From the NCBI GenBank assembly GCA_013003395.1, contig JABDJC010000220.1, positions 1-53,445 on the forward strand: a DNA stretch of 53,445 nt, given 5' to 3'. This DNA is from Acidimicrobiia bacterium. GTDB lineage: Bacteria; Actinomycetota; Acidimicrobiia; Spongiisociales; UBA5794. Under the pieces are notes generated by a model. That model searched no databases. It was not told where the DNA came from and saw only the letters and a list, made by a program, of their open reading frames with translations. Positions 48,228-53,445 of this stretch are shown here, one piece after another; the first letter of the stretch is position 1; each line of letters starts with the position of its first letter. The translations under genes and the position numbers were made by a program.

Positions 48228-49660
48228 GCGACACTCCCGACCTTGTCACCGGCGACCTCGAAGCGCTGACCATCGAACGTCCCGAGCCGGTCGGCGTGCC
48301 GGATGCGCCCGACGCCGCCGAGCGCCTCCGCCTTCACGAGATCTGGGTTGCGGGCACAGAAGAACCCGAATGGGTCAAGGACTCGACCGACGAGGGAGCA
48401 CAAGAGCTTCTCCCCGCGGCTGACGAGGCCGGCTTCGACGCCCAAAGAGGGGTGCTCGTCGACGACGACTTCACGCTCGAAGACGATGTCTCCGACGACG
48501 AACGTCAGATCGTCAACATGGGCCCGCAGCATCCGTCGACTCACGGCGTCCTTCGGTTGCAGCTCGAGCTCGAAGGCGAAACCATTCGCCGCGTGAAGCC
48601 GATCATCGGATACCTCCACACCGGGATGGAGAAGACCGCTGAGACGCTGTCGTTCCTGCAAGGCCCAACGAATGTGACACGTATGGACTACCTGTCGCCG
48701 TTCTTCAACGAGCTGTGTTTCTCGCTCGCCACCGAAGAGCTACTCGGCATCGAAGTACCCCCACGAGCCGACGCCATCCGGGTGCTGATGACCGAACTCA
48801 ATCGGGTTTCCAGCCATCTGCTGTGGCTTGCCACACAAGGGATGGACATCGGGGCCGTGTCGATGATGATCTACGGCTGGCGCGAGCGTGAGATCTTCTT
48901 GGACTTCTTCGAGAAGACCACCGGGCTGCGGATGAACCACAACTACATTCGTCCCGGTGGTGTCGCCGCCGATCTGCCCGATGGGTGGGAAGACGACATC
49001 GAGAACATCCTGACCGTCATGCCCGGTGCCCTGGGTGAGTACGAGGAGATCCTCAACGAGAATCCAATCTTCTTGGACCGAACCCGTGGCGTCGGCGTCA
49101 TCACGCCCGCCGAATGTCTCGCCTTCGGGGTGACCGGGCCGATAGCCAGAGGCTCCGGTGTCAACTGGGACCTCCGCAAGGCGTTCCCGTATTCGGGAAT
49201 CGATCAGTACGAATTCGACGTGCCGCTCGGCGCCCACGGCGATGTCTTCGACAGGTACCTCGTGCGCATGGCGGAGATTCGCGAATCGCTGAAGATCGTG
49301 AGACAAGTCCTCGAGACCATTCCGCTCGGCGACTACCGCACAGAAGATCGAAAAGTCACCCCTCCGCCTCGTGCCCGTATCGATGAGTCGATGGAGGCGC
49401 TGATCCACCACTTCAAGATCTTCACGGAGGGCTTCAAAGTTCCTGCGGGCGAGGTGTACCGGGCCGTCGAGTCGCCTCGTGGCGAGCTCGGTATGTACAT
49501 GGTCTCCTCAGGGGAGGCCAAGCCGTGGCGGGTCCATGTCCGCGGCCCTTCGTTCGCCAACGTCCAGGCGGTGCCGGCGATGATGGCCGACTCGCTGGTT
49601 GCAGATATCGTGGCGGCACTCGCCTCAGTCGATCCTGTCATGGGGGACGTGGACCGATGA
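48224..49660 (+). CDS. nuoD: NADH-quinone oxidoreductase subunit D
   Basis: NMGPQHPSTHGVLRL, GYLHTGMEK, RMDYL and DPVMGDVDR. Confidence 0.95.
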   Translation: MSDTPDLVTGDLEALTIERPEPVGVPDAPDAAERLRLHEIWVAGTEEPEWVKDSTDEGAQELLPAADEAGFDAQRGVLVDDDFTLEDDVSDDERQIVNMGPQHPSTHGVLRLQLELEGETIRRVKPIIGYLHTGMEKTAETLSFLQGPTNVTRMDYLSPFFNELCFSLATEELLGIEVPPRADAIRVLMTELNRVSSHLLWLATQGMDIGAVSMMIYGWREREIFLDFFEKTTGLRMNHNYIRPGGVAADLPDGWEDDIENILTVMPGALGEYEEILNENPIFLDRTRGVGVITPAECLAFGVTGPIARGSGVNWDLRKAFPYSGIDQYEFDVPLGAHGDVFDRYLVRMAEIRESLKIVRQVLETIPLGDYRTEDRKVTPPPRARIDESMEALIHHFKIFTEGFKVPAGEVYRAVESPRGELGMYMVSSGEAKPWRVHVRGPSFANVQAVPAMMADSLVADIVAALASVDPVMGDVDR

Positions 49661-50289
49661 CGACGTCACCAATCAGCAACTGGTCCGAAGCGAACCAACG
49701 CCGGGCCGGCGATCTGCTCGACCTCTATCCCGATCGTCGTTCGGCGGTGATGCCGCTGCTCTACATCGGGTCACTGGAAGATGGGTACTGCTCGGACAAC
49801 GTCATGCGTCAAGTGTCCGAGTTGACCGGACTGACCTCGGCACAGGTGCAGTCGGTGGCCAGTTTCTACACGATGTACAAGCGTCATGAGGTGGGTCGCT
49901 ACCTGATTTCGGTCTGTACGTCGATCTCCTGCATGTTGCTCGGCAGCGATGATGTGTTGGAAACCATCGAGCGCGAAACCGGCACCCCTGATGGTGAGAC
50001 CTCTGCAGACGGGCTGTTCTCGGTGGAGCACGCAGAATGCCTCGGAGCGTGTGGCGGTGCACCAGCGGTCCAAGTGAACTACGAGCTCGTCGAAGGACTC
50101 CGGCCAGAGAAATCGGTGGGTCTCTGCCGATGGCTCCGGGACGCCCAGCCCGAGGTCGTGCTCGGCGACGAAATGCAGCAACTCTTCGGCGGCCAACGTT
50201 CATTCCCGTGGGGTCCGGCAGAACAAGAAGGCGCCGTAGCTCCGGTCCCGGCGTTCGGGCCGTATGGGTCGGCGGAGGATGGTCGATGA
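49657..50289 (+). CDS. nuoE: NADH-quinone oxidoreductase subunit E
   Basis: VASFYTMY, CTSISC and ECLGACGGAP. Confidence 0.93.
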   Translation: MTTSPISNWSEANQRRAGDLLDLYPDRRSAVMPLLYIGSLEDGYCSDNVMRQVSELTGLTSAQVQSVASFYTMYKRHEVGRYLISVCTSISCMLLGSDDVLETIERETGTPDGETSADGLFSVEHAECLGACGGAPAVQVNYELVEGLRPEKSVGLCRWLRDAQPEVVLGDEMQQLFGGQRSFPWGPAEQEGAVAPVPAFGPYGSAEDGR

Positions 50290-51569
50290 AGATCCTCACG
50301 GAACGGATGGAGACGCATCCTCGCGACAGCCACACCATCGCACGCTACGAAGCCACCGGCGGCTATTCGGCGCTCAAGGATGCGCTGAAGAGCAAGACGC
50401 AAGAACAAATCCTCGAAGAGATCAAGGCCTCAGAGATCCGCGGACGTGGTGGGGCGTTCTTTCCGACCGGCATGAAGTGGGGTTTCCTCGCAAGCTCGGC
50501 ACCGCGCTATCTGGTCGTCAACGCCGACGAGTCGGAGCCGGGTACCTTCAAAGATCGTCAGCTTCTCGAGCGCGATCCCCACCAGATGGTCGAAGGAATC
50601 ATCATCTCCGCATACGCGCTTGGATGCGAGCAAGCGTTCGTTTACATCCGCGGCGAGTACCCACGGCCCGCCAGACGAGTTCAGGCTGCCATCGATGAGG
50701 CGTATGCGAAGGGCTACCTGGGCAAGAACATCTTGGGAAGCGGCGTCAACGTCGAACTCTCCGTGCACCTCGGTGCCGGTGCCTACATCTGTGGTGAAGA
50801 GACGGCCCTGTTGAATTCGCTGGAAGGCAGACGTGGCGAGCCGCGCATCAAGCCCCCCTTCCCGGCGGTTGAAGGGCTTTACGGGAAACCGACCATCGTC
50901 AACAACGTCGAGACGCTCTCCAATGTCCCGTGGATCATGAACAACGGTGGACACAAGTACGCGGCCATCGGCCCAGAGGGTTCGCGGGGCTCTCGGATGT
51001 TCTCGCTGTCGGGTCACATCAACAACCCCGGCAACATCGAAATCGTCATGGGCATCACGTGGCGAGAGATGATCTACGACATCGGCGGGGGAATCCCCGA
51101 CGATCGCGAACTCAAGATGTGGATTCCCGGCGGCGCTTCGGCACCGTGGTTCACCACGAAGCACCTCGACGACCGAGTGACCCACGATGACGTGTCTGCA
51201 GCCGGCTCGATGCTCGGTAGTGGTGCCATCGTGGTCATGGATGACACCACCTGCGTGGTCAAGGCTGCTCACCGAGTCGTGAAGTTCTTTGCCCACGAAT
51301 CCTGCGGTCAGTGCACGCCTTGTCGTGAAGGAACGAGCTGGCTCGAAAGGATGCTCTTCCGCCTCGAGCATGGCGCGGGCCGCATGATCGACATCGATCT
51401 GCTCCTCGACGTTTCCGACAACATCAGTCCCGGTTTGGCGTGGCCGCCGGCGATGACGACCATCTGTCCGCTTGGACCATCGGCGGTGTCGCCGATCACC
51501 TCGATCATGTCCCATTTCCGGGATGAGGTGGTCCAGCATGTGGACGAGGGAGGCTGCCCACTTGGCTGA
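50286..51569 (+). CDS. nuoF: NADH-quinone oxidoreductase subunit F
   Basis: RGRGGA, NADESEPGTFKDR, GAGAYICGEE and ESCGQCTPCREG. Confidence 0.95.
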   Translation: MKILTERMETHPRDSHTIARYEATGGYSALKDALKSKTQEQILEEIKASEIRGRGGAFFPTGMKWGFLASSAPRYLVVNADESEPGTFKDRQLLERDPHQMVEGIIISAYALGCEQAFVYIRGEYPRPARRVQAAIDEAYAKGYLGKNILGSGVNVELSVHLGAGAYICGEETALLNSLEGRRGEPRIKPPFPAVEGLYGKPTIVNNVETLSNVPWIMNNGGHKYAAIGPEGSRGSRMFSLSGHINNPGNIEIVMGITWREMIYDIGGGIPDDRELKMWIPGGASAPWFTTKHLDDRVTHDDVSAAGSMLGSGAIVVMDDTTCVVKAAHRVVKFFAHESCGQCTPCREGTSWLERMLFRLEHGAGRMIDIDLLLDVSDNISPGLAWPPAMTTICPLGPSAVSPITSIMSHFRDEVVQHVDEGGCPLG

Positions 51570-53445
51570 AGAGCGCATCACCATCACTGTTGACGGACGA
51601 GACGTCGAAGTCTCGAATGGAGAGTTGCTGATCCAGGCGGCTCAGGACAACGGAACCTACATCCCTCGGTTCTGCTGGCACCCGCGGATGAAGCCCGTCG
51701 GCATGTGCCGGATGTGTCTCGTCGAGGTCGACTCGCCACGAGGCAAGCGAATGGTCACGTCGTGCACTACGCCGTGCAACGACGGCATGGTGGTCGACAC
51801 CGAGTCGGCTGTGGTCAAGAAGGCTCAAGAGGGCATTCTCGAATTCCTGCTCATCAATCACCCGCTCGATTGTCCTGTGTGTGACCGAGGCGGCGAATGC
51901 CCGCTCCAGGACCAGACGATGGCGTACGGACCAGGGGAGAGTCGCTTCGTCGAGGAGAAGCGACACTTCGAGAAGCCAATCGAGATCTCAGACCTCGTGT
52001 TGTTGGACCGGGAGCGCTGCATCCTCTGCGCGCGGTGCACCCGCTTCTCCGATGAGATTTCCGGCGACCCCTTGATCGAATTCAAAGAGCGGGGCAATTA
52101 CACGCAGGTTCTCACCTTCCCCGATGAACCGTTCGCCTCCTACTTCTCCGGCAATACCGTGCAGATCTGCCCTGTTGGTGCATTGACGGCCAAGCCCTAC
52201 CGGTTCCGGGCGCGACCGTGGGATCTCGAAGCCGTCGAGAGCACGTGCACGACGTGTTCCGTCGGATGCCGGATCTCGGTGCAGGCAAGCCAGAACCAAG
52301 TCCTCCGATTCCTCGGCGTCGACAACGACGCCACGAACCAGTCGTGGCTGTGTGACAAGGGCCGATTCGGTTTCGAGGCCATCAATTCAGCGGAACGCCT
52401 CACCGAACCGCTGGTTCGCGGCGAAGATGGGGAACTGCACCCCGCGACCTGGAGTGACGCGCTCGACGTGGTTGCCGACCGCCTCAGCGCAGTACGGGGA
52501 GACGAGGTTGCAGGACTCGGTGGTGCGAGAGGCACCAACGAAGAGGCCTTCGCCTTCGGCAAGTTCTTGCGCACCGTCGTCGTGACTCCGCACCTCGATT
52601 CGCAATTGGCGGACGGGCTGGATCCAGACCTGCTCGTCGGATTGACGCCGCGAGCTTCGATCGACGATCTCGAGCGAGCTCGGACCATCATTCTCTGGGG
52701 ACCAGACCTCAAAGAAGAACTCCCTGTGCTCTACCTCAGAGTCCGTCGAGCCGCCCAAGAACTCGGGGCGAATCTGATCATCGTGCACCCACGTCGCACT
52801 GGCCTCGACGATGTGGCCGCCCGCAAGGTGACCTATCGACCTGGCGATGGCGCGTCAGTGCTCGCCGACCTCATGGCCGATCCGGCGCTCGCCGAGATGA
52901 TCGCTGACGGACCAATCGTCGGCCTCATCGGACGGACGGGGCTCGCAGAGGATGACCGACTGCCGGAAGCCGTTGCCGCTTGGGTTCGTGATCTCGATGG
53001 AGCCTCGCTGGTGCCCCTCACGCGCCGAGGAAACGTCTACGGCGCGCTCGACATGGGTATAGCTCCTTCACTGCTCCCAGGCCGTGTCTCGATAGCCGAC
53101 GACGCGGGACGCGCCGCACTCGAGGAGCATTGGCACCTCGTTCCCGATGGCGCCGGTCTGGATGCCACGGGAATCCTCGATGGCCTGAACGCCAAGACGC
53201 TCAAAGCGCTCGTACTGCTCGGCTCGGATCCGGTCAGAGACCATCCCGATCCTGTGTTGGCTCGCAGCGCACTCGAGAACGCAGAGTTCGTGGTTGCCCT
53301 CGATGTCTTTCTCAACGACTCCTCGGCCCGTGCCGATGTGGTGCTTCCCGTGGAAGGGTTTGCGGAGTCCGAAGGGACCGTCACCAACCTCGAAGGGCGC
53401 GTCCAAAAAGTGAACCGCTTGATTCCTGGACCGGGTCAGTCCCGT
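51562..53445 (+). CDS. nuoG: NADH-quinone oxidoreductase subunit G (partial, runs off the window)
   Basis: Hand translation from TTG 51562: MAEERITITVDG, GMCRMC, HPLDCPVCDRGGEC, CILCARC, CTTCSVGC and LCDKGRFG. Confidence 0.93.
   Translation, partial: MAEERITITVDGRDVEVSNGELLIQAAQDNGTYIPRFCWHPRMKPVGMCRMCLVEVDSPRGKRMVTSCTTPCNDGMVVDTESAVVKKAQEGILEFLLINHPLDCPVCDRGGECPLQDQTMAYGPGESRFVEEKRHFEKPIEISDLVLLDRERCILCARCTRFSDEISGDPLIEFKERGNYTQVLTFPDEPFASYFSGNTVQICPVGALTAKPYRFRARPWDLEAVESTCTTCSVGCRISVQASQNQVLRFLGVDNDATNQSWLCDKGRFGFEAINSAERLTEPLVRGEDGELHPATWSDALDVVADRLSAVRGDEVAGLGGARGTNEEAFAFGKFLRTVVVTPHLDSQLADGLDPDLLVGLTPRASIDDLERARTIILWGPDLKEELPVLYLRVRRAAQELGANLIIVHPRRTGLDDVAARKVTYRPGDGASVLADLMADPALAEMIADGPIVGLIGRTGLAEDDRLPEAVAAWVRDLDGASLVPLTRRGNVYGALDMGIAPSLLPGRVSIADDAGRAALEEHWHLVPDGAGLDATGILDGLNAKTLKALVLLGSDPVRDHPDPVLARSALENAEFVVALDVFLNDSSARADVVLPVEGFAESEGTVTNLEGRVQKVNRLIPGPGQSR

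Overview
GC-rich chromosomal segment from an actinobacterium, most likely class Acidimicrobiia. This assignment is inferred from mshA-ybjN, an rsiG-like gene beside asparaginase II, glutaredoxin-rex, and a geranylgeranyl reductase/MenJ-like gene upstream of nuoA. From left to right the window holds: a partial ALDH; a GNAT/amidohydrolase/PotABCD amine-uptake operon; an acyl-CoA synthetase; secreted low-complexity proteins; an HMG-CoA lyase-like gene; a Clp1-type polynucleotide kinase; an intergenic DnaA-box cluster; the M23-rsiG-asparaginase-GNAT-mshA-ybjN operon; crcB; a MoaD-membrane fusion; a PASTA protein; a SAM hydrolase; rex; a large respiratory locus; and nuoA-G (nuoG partial). Three features stand out. 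(1) A b6f-style split Rieske/cytochrome b complex with a ferredoxin is divergently paired with a CcoN-CcoO fusion whose oxidase subunit lacks all canonical heme/CuB His ligands, and the two operons share a repeated N-terminal helical motif. (2) A 2592-aa protein fuses an HD-GYP phosphodiesterase to a giant adhesin-like ectodomain and lies between the menJ-like gene and nuoA. (3) A ubiquitin-like MoaD domain with an internal GG is fused to a degenerate CdsA-like membrane domain. No tRNA, rRNA, CRISPR array or transposase was seen. All family calls are by-eye motif recognition, not database results.
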